Shown in pieces: positions 30,236-41,266 of a stretch of DNA of 64,000 nt (position 1 is the first letter of the stretch; every line of letters begins with the position of its first letter). A program made the translations under genes and the position numbers. Origin of the DNA: an uncultured Clostridia bacterium (GTDB taxonomy: Bacteria; Bacillota; Clostridia; TANB77; CAG-508); the NCBI GenBank assembly GCA_947589645.1, contig CANQCG010000001.1:19179-83178 (forward strand). The letters are read 5' to 3'. A model generated the notes under the pieces. The model made no database searches. It was not told where the DNA came from and saw only the letters and a list, made by a program, of their open reading frames with translations.

Positions 30236-33200
30236 ATGAACAAAAGTAAGAAAAAATATTATTTAATTGTTATTTTAGTTATAGCTTTAATGATTATGGC
30301 AGCTTTAATTAATAGTGTTTCATCTACTAATTATGATACCGGAAAAGATAAAAATGGTAACCCATATATAAATAGTTTCGATTTAAGTACATGGATTATT
30401 GGAAGATATGCAGGAATTAATGCGTTTGATACGACTACAGATGGCAATACTTATGCAAAAGGCTTCCAAGTAGTAGATAATAAAAATTTCTTTTGTGCAG
30501 AACAAGGACAAAATTGGAAAAATGGAAGCTATCAATTAGTATCAAAGATAGTAATACATGGATCAAGCATTGCTAGTAGCGAATATGTTGGCACTCAATT
30601 AAAAACCAAAGAAAATGATGCTGCTGTTACTGCTAATAGAATTTTAACGGAAATAGTAAAAGAGGCAGAAGAATCAAAAAATGTAAGAAATAGATCAATA
30701 AGTGCTTATATAACAGAAGATGTTTTCCAACACGTTATATGGCAATATATGTCAGAATGGGCTGGAGCAAATTTCTCTTATTGGGGTAAAAACAATGATA
30801 ACAAATACGACTGGATAAGTGGTATACCATATATAACTCAAACTTCACAAAATTATGATAGTCAAGATTACGAACACAAGGAAGCTAGAGAACAAGGAAA
30901 GGCTAAGTTAAATGAAATAAAAACAAAGGTAGCAAATAGCAAGCCAGATGAAAAGGCTCAAATATCAGTTGTAAATAAAAAAGATGTATTACTTAATTCT
31001 AATGCAAACATAGAAGGTGAGAATACTATATTAGGACCTTTTAAATATTCTTATTCTGGAACAGTAACACAATTAGATATTTACTATAACAGCATAAATA
31101 ATAAGGCTACAGCTCAAATAGGAACATTTAATGGAACAACCTTTAAACCTATTGGTAATATTTCAAATTTACCTAATAATAAAGAAGTTTACATTAAAAT
31201 ACCTACTAAAGAGTTAAGTGGAAAACAAAATTTGAGTATACACATTAAAGTAGCAAGTACAACTATAGGAGCAACTACTACAGTATATATTTGGAGAAAT
31301 GAAGATGCCCCAGCGCAAAATATGATATATGTTGACCAAAAACCAGAAAATAGTGAAGCAGAAATTTCAGATGATTATAAATTAAGGTTAACAGAGCAAG
31401 TATCTATATTAAAACAAAATGAAAACAAAGAAGCTTTACCAGGAATAAAATTTGAAATATATGATGCAAACAATAAATTAGTCGGCACATTGACATCTGA
31501 AAAAGATGGAAAAACAAATGAACTAACACTACAAACTAACCAAGTATATCAATTAAGAGAAGTATCAGCAGATATATATGGTTATAGGAGACGTTCTATT
31601 GAAAAAGATAACATAAGTATTACAAATGGAGAAATAATAGAAGTAAGAAATGGCGTTGCAAACTTCAAAATAAAAGATAGCAGTGTAATAACTATAATAG
31701 ACGATAAATATATACGTGATATTGAAATAGCAAAAACAGATAAGCAAAATAAAAAAGGAATTGAAGATGTATCTTTTGTAATAAGAACCAATACAACTAT
31801 ATCTGGAAAAGAATATGCAGGTTTCTTATCATTATACAATAGTAAAGGAGAATTTGTACCTGAAGTAAAAGGCACAGTTACAATAAATAAAAATAATGTA
31901 GCAACAGATTCTAATGGTATTGAATACGAAGTAAGATATGAAAATATGGGAACGGAAAATTTAACCTTTGACAAATTACCTTTAGAAGATTTAGAAAGTG
32001 CTAAAATTACAGTATTTAAAACAGATTCTAATGGAAAAATAACAGTTAAAAATCTTGAAGTATATTCAGATTTAAATGCTACATATAATTACACAGCTTA
32101 TGAAATATCAAACCCAAATTATGGTTATGGAGCAATTACTAATAAATCACAAAGTGCTTCAACAGGATCATTAGTAAAAGGAAATGGTTCAATATCAATA
32201 ACTAATGATAGAAATTTAGGAAATATTTCAGTATTAAAAGTTGATGAACAAAATAAAGATATTACTCTAGCTAATGTTGGCTTTGTATTAGAAAATTATA
32301 CAGACACAAATAAATATGCTTATATAGCATTGTATGACACAAATGGTAAACTAGTATCAAGTATTACAGGAACTGCTACAATAAACGAAAAGAATGTGGC
32401 TACAAACAATGAGTATAGAGTTGAATATAAATCTTTTGCAGGAAAATCATATGCTGAATTATCAGATGATGAAAAAGCACAAATTACAACTTTTGTTACT
32501 GATGATAAAGGAAAAATTTTAATAAATAATTTGGAAAAATACTCATATATAGATGGAGCACAAATTACTTATAAATTAATAGAGGTTTCTAACCCTCATG
32601 CTGGATTTGAAGCAAGTGGGGCAGAGTTTGGCGATATTACAATAGAAAATGGCAAAACATTTGAAGCTATAGTACCAAATAAACAAAAATATATTAATTT
32701 ATCTGGTTATGTATGGATAGAAAAAACTTATGGTAAAGGAAATTCTTTTGATTTAGTTTATACAGAAAAAGACGAAAGTGGCAAAAAAATAGATATAAAA
32801 CTTACAGGAATTTATATTAAAGATGAAAGCGGTAAATTAATGCTAAATGAAAACTATTCAATAGAGGGCATTCCAACAAAAATCGAGATAAAATTAAGAG
32901 ATAAGACAACAGAAGAATATGTAAAAAATATTCCAGATGATTATGACACAAATGGAAAATATACATTTATTAATGTAGAAACCGATAAACTTAAGGACTA
33001 TGAGGTAGTGTTTATATATAATGGATTCTATTATACAACAATAACAGAAAATATAAATGTTGATAATGGTTCAAAGGTAAAAGAATCTGAAGCAGAAAGA
33101 AAAACCTTAAATGATAAATTTGGAGAAGTAACTAATGAAGGAATTACATCTGTAGACGGAAAAGAAAGATATGGAGTTATATATGATAAAGGTACACATG

Positions 33201-35623
33201 TATCAACATTATCAAGATTTGATGAAGAACTTGAAAAATATATAAATATAACAGCCAATACTACTTCTGCAAACTATTTAATAGACCAAAAGTATAATGA
33301 ATTAAAATCAAAGGGACCTGTATCAACAATTGATAATATTAATATGGGAATAGTTGTAAGAGAGCAACCTAATATATCAATTACTAGTGATATACACAAT
33401 GTAAAAGTTGGTTTTAATGGATATCAATATACATATTTATATGATAATAGGCGAGACCATTATGAAAATGTAGATGATATTGATATAGGTGTTAAATTTG
33501 AACAAGATTATCCATTACAAAGATATACAAGAACTGTATATGCTTCTGATATTGAAGCAGCAATACAAGAAAATAAAGAGATAACAGTTTCAGTAACATA
33601 CAGAATAGGAATTTCTAACTTATCAAGACAATTAAGAATGTTGCCAAAAGAAATAATAAATTACTTTGATAGTAGGTATGATATAAGAACTGTAGGAATG
33701 GGCTTAAATGAAAAATATGAGGTAACCGATGCACTTGGTTATACAACGCCACAAGATGTTGAGGGCTTACCATATAAATCAACAGTAATAACCTTCAATC
33801 AATTATTATATGCAAAAGATGAGGCAGAAGGAGAACCTACTACAACAATAAAGAACATGTATATAACATTTGATATACAATGGGAAGCAATAAAAGATTT
33901 ACTAAATAATAATTCAACATATCATAATGCAACAGAAATATGTAGTTATACAACTTATTATGGAAGTTTAACGACTTATTCAGATGGACAACAATTTATG
34001 ACAGATCACAGTGTAGCAAATACTGTATATGCAGGTATTGATAAAATGTCACAACCAGGAAATATGACATTAAAATTAATAAATCACCCAGAAGAAGAAG
34101 GTACACAAATTCTAGATACATCTGATTATGAACTTGATACAGATTCAGCACCATCATTATTATTAGATGCAAATGGAGAAAGAACTATATCAGGAACAGT
34201 TTGGGAAGATGCAATTACTAATACTATTGATAACCAAAAACTAGGTAATGGTATATTTGAAGCTAGTGAAAAAACCGTAACAAATGTTACAGTAGAACTA
34301 CACAATATAAATAGTGATGGAACTATTGGAGATATAGCAAAATTCTCTGATGGATCACCAGCTACAGCAATTTCAGGAGAACAAGGTAATTACAAATTTG
34401 GTGGTTATAATGAAGAAACTAACAAACATGTCGGAATATTACCTGGTAGATATGTCATAAGATACATTTATAATAATGATTCTAAAGTTGTAGATAAAAA
34501 AATAAATGTTAATGAATACAAATCAACAATAATAGTATCAGATACAATTAAAAATGCATTTGAATCTGGAAATGAAAAATGGTATGCAATTAAAGATTCT
34601 ACTAGATATTCAGATGCAAGGGATAATATATATTTAAGACCTGAATATAACTCTAATATTGATAAAAACAATATAACAGTTAAAAATTCATCATATAGTG
34701 ACATATCATTAAGTGAAATGCAAGCTAATACACCAGTTATGGATATTGGGCTAGAGTTTACGGAAAGTAATGTAATAGATGCTATAGCAGAACAAACACA
34801 AGGTGGTCTTGAAAATGTAGATTTTGGTATAGTAGAAAGACCAGACATAGATATAACAGTTGAAAAGAAAATAACTTCATTAGAGATATTAGCTCAAAAT
34901 GGAACAGTAATTGTACCAAAAAATGATCCTTCAAATAAAGATGTTGTAATGAAATATGTAAGAACAGGTTTAAAAGGAATAGTACCAGTAGAAATGGATG
35001 TAAGTCTATTACAAGGTGCTAAGCTAAACTTAGATTACACTATTTCTATACAAAATAGTAGTGACAAAGATTATGAAGAACAAGAATACTATTATTATGG
35101 AACTGGAGGAAAGACTCTAAGAGTAACAAAAGTTCTAACATTAGTAGATTATCTTGATGAATCAATGACATTAGATGCTAATAATACAAGTTGGGAAGAA
35201 AGCACACCAGAATATTTATTAGAAAATGGACTAATAAGTAGTGACATATATGATTTGATGAAAGATTCAGGAAATGTTAATGTGTTAATAACACATGCAT
35301 TTGAAGAAGATGGTGTTGATGAAGTTAAATTATATACAACTAAATATTTAGCAGTATCAGAATCTATTAGGGAAACAAATGATGTTGAAATAGTAGAATT
35401 ATCAGGAGTGAGAAGCATAAAAGAATCAGTACCTGGAAACTATGACCCAACTAGATCATCAGTTACAATAACAGATGAACGTGATGACGATAAAGTAGAC
35501 TTTACAATTACTCCTCCAACTGGTACGAATGTAAATTATGCACCATATATAATAGCAACAACAGTAACATTAATAATACTAGTATTTGGAGTAGTCATTA
35601 TTAAAAAGAAAATGACAAAATAA
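30236..35623 (+). CDS. giant surface adhesin B2, a paralogue of B1. It has a thioester-domain-like N-terminus, prealbumin-fold repeats and a PPTG sorting signal.
   Basis: Cys87 is in NFFCAEQGQ and Gln165 in VFQHVIWQY. LPGIKFEIYDANNKL-type domains are present. The C-terminus is ITPPTGT followed by a hydrophobic stretch and KKKMTK. The central and C-terminal regions are collinear with B1 (for example GINAGCAPDNIELKLKDHESGDG versus GIDKMSQPGNMTLKLINHPEEEG). Confidence 0.85.
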   Translation: MNKSKKKYYLIVILVIALMIMAALINSVSSTNYDTGKDKNGNPYINSFDLSTWIIGRYAGINAFDTTTDGNTYAKGFQVVDNKNFFCAEQGQNWKNGSYQLVSKIVIHGSSIASSEYVGTQLKTKENDAAVTANRILTEIVKEAEESKNVRNRSISAYITEDVFQHVIWQYMSEWAGANFSYWGKNNDNKYDWISGIPYITQTSQNYDSQDYEHKEAREQGKAKLNEIKTKVANSKPDEKAQISVVNKKDVLLNSNANIEGENTILGPFKYSYSGTVTQLDIYYNSINNKATAQIGTFNGTTFKPIGNISNLPNNKEVYIKIPTKELSGKQNLSIHIKVASTTIGATTTVYIWRNEDAPAQNMIYVDQKPENSEAEISDDYKLRLTEQVSILKQNENKEALPGIKFEIYDANNKLVGTLTSEKDGKTNELTLQTNQVYQLREVSADIYGYRRRSIEKDNISITNGEIIEVRNGVANFKIKDSSVITIIDDKYIRDIEIAKTDKQNKKGIEDVSFVIRTNTTISGKEYAGFLSLYNSKGEFVPEVKGTVTINKNNVATDSNGIEYEVRYENMGTENLTFDKLPLEDLESAKITVFKTDSNGKITVKNLEVYSDLNATYNYTAYEISNPNYGYGAITNKSQSASTGSLVKGNGSISITNDRNLGNISVLKVDEQNKDITLANVGFVLENYTDTNKYAYIALYDTNGKLVSSITGTATINEKNVATNNEYRVEYKSFAGKSYAELSDDEKAQITTFVTDDKGKILINNLEKYSYIDGAQITYKLIEVSNPHAGFEASGAEFGDITIENGKTFEAIVPNKQKYINLSGYVWIEKTYGKGNSFDLVYTEKDESGKKIDIKLTGIYIKDESGKLMLNENYSIEGIPTKIEIKLRDKTTEEYVKNIPDDYDTNGKYTFINVETDKLKDYEVVFIYNGFYYTTITENINVDNGSKVKESEAERKTLNDKFGEVTNEGITSVDGKERYGVIYDKGTHVSTLSRFDEELEKYINITANTTSANYLIDQKYNELKSKGPVSTIDNINMGIVVREQPNISITSDIHNVKVGFNGYQYTYLYDNRRDHYENVDDIDIGVKFEQDYPLQRYTRTVYASDIEAAIQENKEITVSVTYRIGISNLSRQLRMLPKEIINYFDSRYDIRTVGMGLNEKYEVTDALGYTTPQDVEGLPYKSTVITFNQLLYAKDEAEGEPTTTIKNMYITFDIQWEAIKDLLNNNSTYHNATEICSYTTYYGSLTTYSDGQQFMTDHSVANTVYAGIDKMSQPGNMTLKLINHPEEEGTQILDTSDYELDTDSAPSLLLDANGERTISGTVWEDAITNTIDNQKLGNGIFEASEKTVTNVTVELHNINSDGTIGDIAKFSDGSPATAISGEQGNYKFGGYNEETNKHVGILPGRYVIRYIYNNDSKVVDKKINVNEYKSTIIVSDTIKNAFESGNEKWYAIKDSTRYSDARDNIYLRPEYNSNIDKNNITVKNSSYSDISLSEMQANTPVMDIGLEFTESNVIDAIAEQTQGGLENVDFGIVERPDIDITVEKKITSLEILAQNGTVIVPKNDPSNKDVVMKYVRTGLKGIVPVEMDVSLLQGAKLNLDYTISIQNSSDKDYEEQEYYYYGTGGKTLRVTKVLTLVDYLDESMTLDANNTSWEESTPEYLLENGLISSDIYDLMKDSGNVNVLITHAFEEDGVDEVKLYTTKYLAVSESIRETNDVEIVELSGVRSIKESVPGNYDPTRSSVTITDERDDDKVDFTITPPTGTNVNYAPYIIATTVTLIILVFGVVIIKKKMTK

Positions 35624-35642
35624 AAAGTCTATAATGTAGAAA

Positions 35643-35679
35643 ATGAAAGTAGATAAAAAATCTACTTTCATTTTTTTTC
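35643..35679 (+). terminator. rho-independent terminator after B2
   Basis: Stem ATGAAAGTAGAT / ATCTACTTTCAT followed by TTTTTTTT. Confidence 0.7.
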
Positions 35680-35859
35680 GGCAAAATATTGCGTTTTGAA
35701 ACGATATATAATAAAATAAAGAAAATAATTTGCCAAAAACGAATTATTTATATCACATTATGTAAAAAACTTTTTAATAGCAAGTTACTAAAATAGACAA
35801 AAAAATCAAAAGACAAATAATACAATATTACCAAATAAAAGTTTTAAGAGGTGGTAGGG

Positions 35860-38301
35860 ATGTTTCAAAATGTGCAATATGAAGAATTACGACAAGAAAA
35901 TAACAAAATATATAGTGTGCAAGATTTACTAAAAAATGTTTTTACAGTTAAAAATATAGTTTTATATATAGTAACTTTTATGACTTCAATGGTTGGACTA
36001 GCTAGTGAAGTTTCACCATTTAGCTTAGCAATAGTAACGGCGTGTTTCTCCTGCGGAATACCAGCGTTTGGAATAATTATTATTTCTATAATTGGAAATA
36101 TAATTGGCTTTGGAGCAACAGGAGGAGCAAATTACATATTAACTTTACTAGTTTTGATGGTGACATTTATATTAAAAAAACCAATATATAACGATGAAAT
36201 AAAAAATGAGAAAATAAAATTATCAAAAAGATTATTTATAAGTGTTTTATTAGTATCAATATTTAGATATATGCTAGGAGCTTTTACGATTTATAATCTG
36301 CTAGTAAATGTTACAAATGCAATTATAGTTGTAATATTTTATAAAATAGCAGTAAATTCTTTAAATGTATTAGAGGAAATAAATGTTAGAAAAGCTTTCT
36401 CACTAGAAGAGGTAATGGGTGCAAGTTTAATTTTAGCAATTGCAATTTCAGCTTTTGGCAATTTCCAAGTTTTAGGTTTTTCATTAAGAAATATACTTAG
36501 CATTCTTCTTGTTCTTATATTAGGATGGAAAAATGGCGTTTTAATTGGGACAACCTCAGGGGTAACTATAGGAGCTACACTTGGTATAATTGCTGAATAT
36601 GAGCCAAGTATGGTGGCAGCTTTTGCAATTTCTGGAATGCTTGCAGGACTTTTAAATAGATTCGGAAAAGCAGGAGTAATAATAGGTTTCGTTATAGGAA
36701 ATATAATATTAGCCTATATTTCTAATGGAACCACAATTGATGTGCAAATTTTAAAAGAAATAATTATTGCATCTGTTGCACTTTTAGCTGTTCCTTCTAA
36801 AATTAACATTCCAATAGAAGAACTTATAGGCAAATCTAAGTTTTTACCATCTTTTATGGGAAACAGCTTAACTCAAGGAAAGGAAACAGCAAATAAATTA
36901 AATGTAGTTTCTCAAACAATTCAAAGCATGGCAGAAACATATAATGAAAAGGAAGAAAAGGTAGACACTAATTCGGCTGAAGATGATAAAAATATATTTA
37001 TATCTGAATTACTAAACAATTTAGATAATATAAAAGATAATATATTATATGATGATTTGGCCAAAACAGAAAGCAAACTTGTAAATGATATATTTTTATT
37101 TCTTTTAGAAAAGCAAGAAATTACAAGAAAAGAGTTATTAGAAATTTTTGCAAAAAATAATAGCTATATAGTAGGTGCTAATGATGAAAAGGTAAGCCCA
37201 TACTTAGAAAATAACATCAAAGAGGCACTAAATGCAATAAATTCAGCATTTAGAGTAGGCAAGGCCAATTTTGTGTGCAAAGAAAAAATAAAAGAAAATA
37301 AGAAAACAATGAAAACACAGCTAGGTCAAATATCTAAGGCAATATCAGATATTGCAGTTCAGATAGAAGAAAATAACTTAGAAGAAAACAAATTCATAGA
37401 AGAAAAAAAGAAAATATTATATTTATTAGCTCAAAAAGAAATTAAGATAGAAGAAATTACCATTAACAAGAAAAAGGGCGAGAGATTTTTTATAAATATA
37501 TATATGGACATTATAAATCAAGGAATAATCAATAATGACATAGATAGAATAGAAAAAATACTTACGGATGTACTAAAAGAAGACATTGTACTAAATCAAA
37601 AAGCTTCAAAGCTAAATGGGCAAAAGAGCTTAGTAAGTTTTGTATCTGCGGATAAATTTAAGGTACAAATAGGAATGGCAAATGGAATAAAAACAAATAG
37701 CTCAGTTTCTGGAGATTCAATATTAAATATTAGATTAAAAGATGGAAAAAACTTAATTGCCATAAGTGATGGAATGGGTTCAGGCCCAGAAGCAAGAAAA
37801 AGTAGCCAAATAGCAGTAAAAATGCTAGAAAGGTTATTAACATCTGGATTTAATAAACAGACATCAATAGAGTTAATAAATAATGCTATATTAAATAGCA
37901 ATGAGGAAATATATGCTACTTTAGATATAGCAATATTAGACTTATACAAAGGCAACATAGAATTTATAAAAAATGGAGCTTGTCCAACTTATATAAAAAA
38001 TAGAAAGAGAGTTCAAACATTAAAAACAATCTCATTACCAGCCGGGGCATTAGAAGAAATTAAATTAACTACGTATGACAAAGATCTTGAATCTGGCGAT
38101 ATATTCTTAATGTGTAGTGACGGTGTATTAGATTCTAATGTTGAATATAAAAATAAAGAACTATGGCTTAGATATTTACTAGAAGATATGGAGCCACAAA
38201 ATCCTCAAAAAATGGCAGATATTATTTTGCAAGAAGCGGTTGATAATAACTATGGAATAAATAAAGATGACATGAGCGTAATAGTTTGTCAAATTAAATA
38301 A
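35860..38301 (+). CDS. spoIIE: stage II sporulation protein E (SpoIIE, PP2C-type phosphatase with a polytopic membrane domain)
   Basis: About 10 TM helices at the N-terminus are followed by a PP2C domain (AISDGMGSGPEARKSS ... LMCSDGVLD) in a protein of ~810 aa. ATG 35860 lies 6 nt after GAGGTGG. The track start 35851 is a GTG. Confidence 0.85.
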   Translation: MFQNVQYEELRQENNKIYSVQDLLKNVFTVKNIVLYIVTFMTSMVGLASEVSPFSLAIVTACFSCGIPAFGIIIISIIGNIIGFGATGGANYILTLLVLMVTFILKKPIYNDEIKNEKIKLSKRLFISVLLVSIFRYMLGAFTIYNLLVNVTNAIIVVIFYKIAVNSLNVLEEINVRKAFSLEEVMGASLILAIAISAFGNFQVLGFSLRNILSILLVLILGWKNGVLIGTTSGVTIGATLGIIAEYEPSMVAAFAISGMLAGLLNRFGKAGVIIGFVIGNIILAYISNGTTIDVQILKEIIIASVALLAVPSKINIPIEELIGKSKFLPSFMGNSLTQGKETANKLNVVSQTIQSMAETYNEKEEKVDTNSAEDDKNIFISELLNNLDNIKDNILYDDLAKTESKLVNDIFLFLLEKQEITRKELLEIFAKNNSYIVGANDEKVSPYLENNIKEALNAINSAFRVGKANFVCKEKIKENKKTMKTQLGQISKAISDIAVQIEENNLEENKFIEEKKKILYLLAQKEIKIEEITINKKKGERFFINIYMDIINQGIINNDIDRIEKILTDVLKEDIVLNQKASKLNGQKSLVSFVSADKFKVQIGMANGIKTNSSVSGDSILNIRLKDGKNLIAISDGMGSGPEARKSSQIAVKMLERLLTSGFNKQTSIELINNAILNSNEEIYATLDIAILDLYKGNIEFIKNGACPTYIKNRKRVQTLKTISLPAGALEEIKLTTYDKDLESGDIFLMCSDGVLDSNVEYKNKELWLRYLLEDMEPQNPQKMADIILQEAVDNNYGINKDDMSVIVCQIK

Positions 38302-38467
38302 TTTTAAAAAACCTATTAGCAAGAGTAACTGCTGATAGGTTTTTTAATTTCTACAAAATACATTTTTATAAATTACAAAATTACACACTAAATTACAAAT
38401 TACACTTGTAATTTTAGCATATTTTATGATATAGTATAAATTGTAAAAATATAATTGGAGGAAAACT

Positions 38468-39997
38468 ATGGAACAAAATAAGCCTAGAGGAAGAAGATAT
38501 TCAGAAGATTCTAAACTAAATTATGCAAAAATATTAGCAGTAGTTGTTGCAATAGCAGTAGTTATAATGTTTGTGCTAGCAATTAAAATGTTACTTTCAT
38601 ATGACATAACAAAACTAAGAGTAAAAAAAGAATATTTTCCAGTATATACAGAAGAAAAATGGGGTGTAATAGATTCATCAGGTAATACAGTAATACCACC
38701 ATCATATGCTGAGATGATAGTTATACCAGACACTACCAAAGATGTATTTTTATGTATGTATGATGTAAATGTTGCAGATGGAACATATAAAACAAAAGCA
38801 ATAAATTCAAAAAACAAGGAAATTTTTACAGAATATGAGCAAATAGAAGTATTAGAAAATTATGATAAAAACCAAAATGTTTGGTATGAAGAAAATGTAC
38901 TTAAAGTAAAAAAAGATGGTAAATATGGTTTAGCTAATTTAAAAGGCAAGTTAATTTTAAATTGTGAATATGACGATATATATACTCTTAAAGGAATAAA
39001 AAATAGCTTGATTGTTCAAAAAAATGATAAAATAGGCTTAGTAGACGATAATGGCAGAGTAGTTATTGAAGCTATTTATACAGATATTCAGCCACTAGGA
39101 ACAGAAGCCTTAGATGGTTACATTGTAAAAAATGAAGCTGGAAAATATGGGGTAATAGGTGCAAATAAAGATGTTAAACTAGACATGCAATACGAAAAGG
39201 TTGAACAAATAGTAGGTAACAACTTATATGTAATTACAGAGGATGGTAAGCAAAAACTAGTAAATTCTAAAGGTACACCAATACTTACAGAAGGTTTTGA
39301 TACTATAGAGCAAATACTAAAAGATTCTGAAGGAGTAATATTTAAAAAAGATGGCTTATATGGAACAATGAACACTGATGGAACAGTTACAATTCCAAAT
39401 ACTTATCAAGAATTAAAGCAGATAGAAAATGGCTATATAATAGCTAAAAATGAGGGTAGATATGGAATTATAGACACACAAAACACAGTAAATTTATACT
39501 TTAATTACACTACTATTAGTTATAATAAAGCACTAGATGTTTATGTTGCAGATGATGCAGATTTTAGAACATCAGTTATAGATAAAAAATTTGAAGTAAA
39601 ACTAATTGGTATTTTATCAGAATTAAATGAAAATTTAAAATATATTAAAATGAGAATAAATGATGATTATAAATACTATAATTTAAACTTTGAAGAAAAA
39701 CCAAATACAGAGCTTCTAAAAGGTAATACATTATTCTTAAGTAAAAAGAATGGTAAGTATGGCTATGTAAATGCAAAAGGAGAAGTTGTAGTAGATTATA
39801 CATATGATGATGGAACAGAGCAAAATAAATTTGGATATGTAGCTGTACAAAAGAGCGGAAGATGGGGCTCAATTGATTCAAAAGGACAAGTAGTAGTTAG
39901 ACCGACATATACATTAGATAACAACATAATTATAAATTTCATTGGTAAATGGCATTTAGGTGAAGACGTAAATATGAATTATTATTGTGAGAAATAA
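38468..39997 (+). CDS. membrane-anchored WG-repeat protein
   Basis: An N-terminal TM segment is followed by about eight repeats of GKYG(L/V)xNxxGxxVIxxxYD (WG-containing beta-repeat pattern, for example GRWGSIDSKGQVVV). GGAGGA RBS. Confidence 0.6.
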   Translation: MEQNKPRGRRYSEDSKLNYAKILAVVVAIAVVIMFVLAIKMLLSYDITKLRVKKEYFPVYTEEKWGVIDSSGNTVIPPSYAEMIVIPDTTKDVFLCMYDVNVADGTYKTKAINSKNKEIFTEYEQIEVLENYDKNQNVWYEENVLKVKKDGKYGLANLKGKLILNCEYDDIYTLKGIKNSLIVQKNDKIGLVDDNGRVVIEAIYTDIQPLGTEALDGYIVKNEAGKYGVIGANKDVKLDMQYEKVEQIVGNNLYVITEDGKQKLVNSKGTPILTEGFDTIEQILKDSEGVIFKKDGLYGTMNTDGTVTIPNTYQELKQIENGYIIAKNEGRYGIIDTQNTVNLYFNYTTISYNKALDVYVADDADFRTSVIDKKFEVKLIGILSELNENLKYIKMRINDDYKYYNLNFEEKPNTELLKGNTLFLSKKNGKYGYVNAKGEVVVDYTYDDGTEQNKFGYVAVQKSGRWGSIDSKGQVVVRPTYTLDNNIIINFIGKWHLGEDVNMNYYCEK

Positions 39998-40009
39998 AGG
40001 TGGTAATAA

Positions 40010-41239
40010 ATGGAGCTAAAGACAAAGTATCAATATACATATTTTTTACATCCTTTTATGGTAAAGGAGAATAGGTACTTAAGATATATACTAAAGTTAT
40101 TAAAAAATCCAAATTGTAAATTAAAAATATTCCAAAAAGAAAAAGATTTGGGAATATATACTTATTTTATTCCCAAAATTAGAAATTATATGTTTAGCAC
40201 ATTTACTTTTAGCAAAGCCAAAATAAAAAAATTTCAAGAGTTAAGTGTAGATACAAAGGCTGCTGTGCTTGCAAAAATGCCTTGTACAATGTTCGAATAT
40301 ACTTTTCCAAGAGATATTCAAGGTAAAGCAGATGGAGGCGAAGGAATATTTTTTACAATACAAAAAATAGATATAATTTGTTTTAATACAGGAATTTGCT
40401 TTCTAAGTATTAAAACTAACATTGAAAACAGTGAAAAATTTGCAGATGTATTAAATTTTAATTATAAATTTAGAAGCCTAACAGCTGAAGAACACTTAAA
40501 TAGCTATGATAATATAAGAATTCAAATAGATAAATTTGATGATGTTAAAATGTTAAAAACATTTGTTAAGGAAATAACAGGACAAAATGAGTTAGAAATA
40601 AAAAACCTTAATATAGATACCGAAAGATTCCTTACATATTCATATACTTGTATTGATCAAGAACATTGGAAAACAGAAGAAGACTTTAATAGCATTAAAC
40701 CTTTATTTGCAAAGTATATGAAGGTTTTGCCAAATGATGATAATACTTCGTATAATACTGATGAAAGCAAAGTTCTGACAAATTGGAATTATTCAAAATT
40801 GGGCATTACAAAAGCAGGCAGCACATTATTTACATCATCTGCAGACATGAACAACTATACAATTCTTCCACATGAATACGAGAATGAATACTTGTATACA
40901 TACATATTAGCCTTATATATGAAAATTTATATAAAATTAATCAATCTTGAATTAAAACAAGGAGTAGAAGTAAAAAAAGCAAGAAAAAAATTTATAGACT
41001 TTACTAAAAATTTGTGGATACAAGAAATTACAATTGACGAAATTGGGACATTATTTTATCATAACTTAAGAAATGTCTTAGAACTTGATAATTTATACAT
41101 AGAAACTAAAAATAAATATGATGTTTTATACAAAGAAATGAACATAGAGAAAAATACAACTGCAAACAAAGTTATAATTTTTATTTTATTAGTTTCACTA
41201 ATAATTAATATATTAAACTTTATTACTTTACTGGGATAA
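40010..41239 (+). CDS. hypothetical protein with a C-terminal TM helix
   Basis: A 409-aa ORF with a GGTGG RBS and no recognisable family. Confidence 0.45.
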   Translation: MELKTKYQYTYFLHPFMVKENRYLRYILKLLKNPNCKLKIFQKEKDLGIYTYFIPKIRNYMFSTFTFSKAKIKKFQELSVDTKAAVLAKMPCTMFEYTFPRDIQGKADGGEGIFFTIQKIDIICFNTGICFLSIKTNIENSEKFADVLNFNYKFRSLTAEEHLNSYDNIRIQIDKFDDVKMLKTFVKEITGQNELEIKNLNIDTERFLTYSYTCIDQEHWKTEEDFNSIKPLFAKYMKVLPNDDNTSYNTDESKVLTNWNYSKLGITKAGSTLFTSSADMNNYTILPHEYENEYLYTYILALYMKIYIKLINLELKQGVEVKKARKKFIDFTKNLWIQEITIDEIGTLFYHNLRNVLELDNLYIETKNKYDVLYKEMNIEKNTTANKVIIFILLVSLIINILNFITLLG

Positions 41240-41266
41240 ATATAGCCAAAGGAGAATAGCCTAAAA

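Noticed and set aside
35680-35859. Possible Spo0A-box (AAAAGACAAAT ~ TTTGTCTTTT) upstream of spoIIE
   Set aside because: It is only a partial match to TTTGTCGAA in an AT-rich region. It cannot be distinguished from chance without a motif scan against background.
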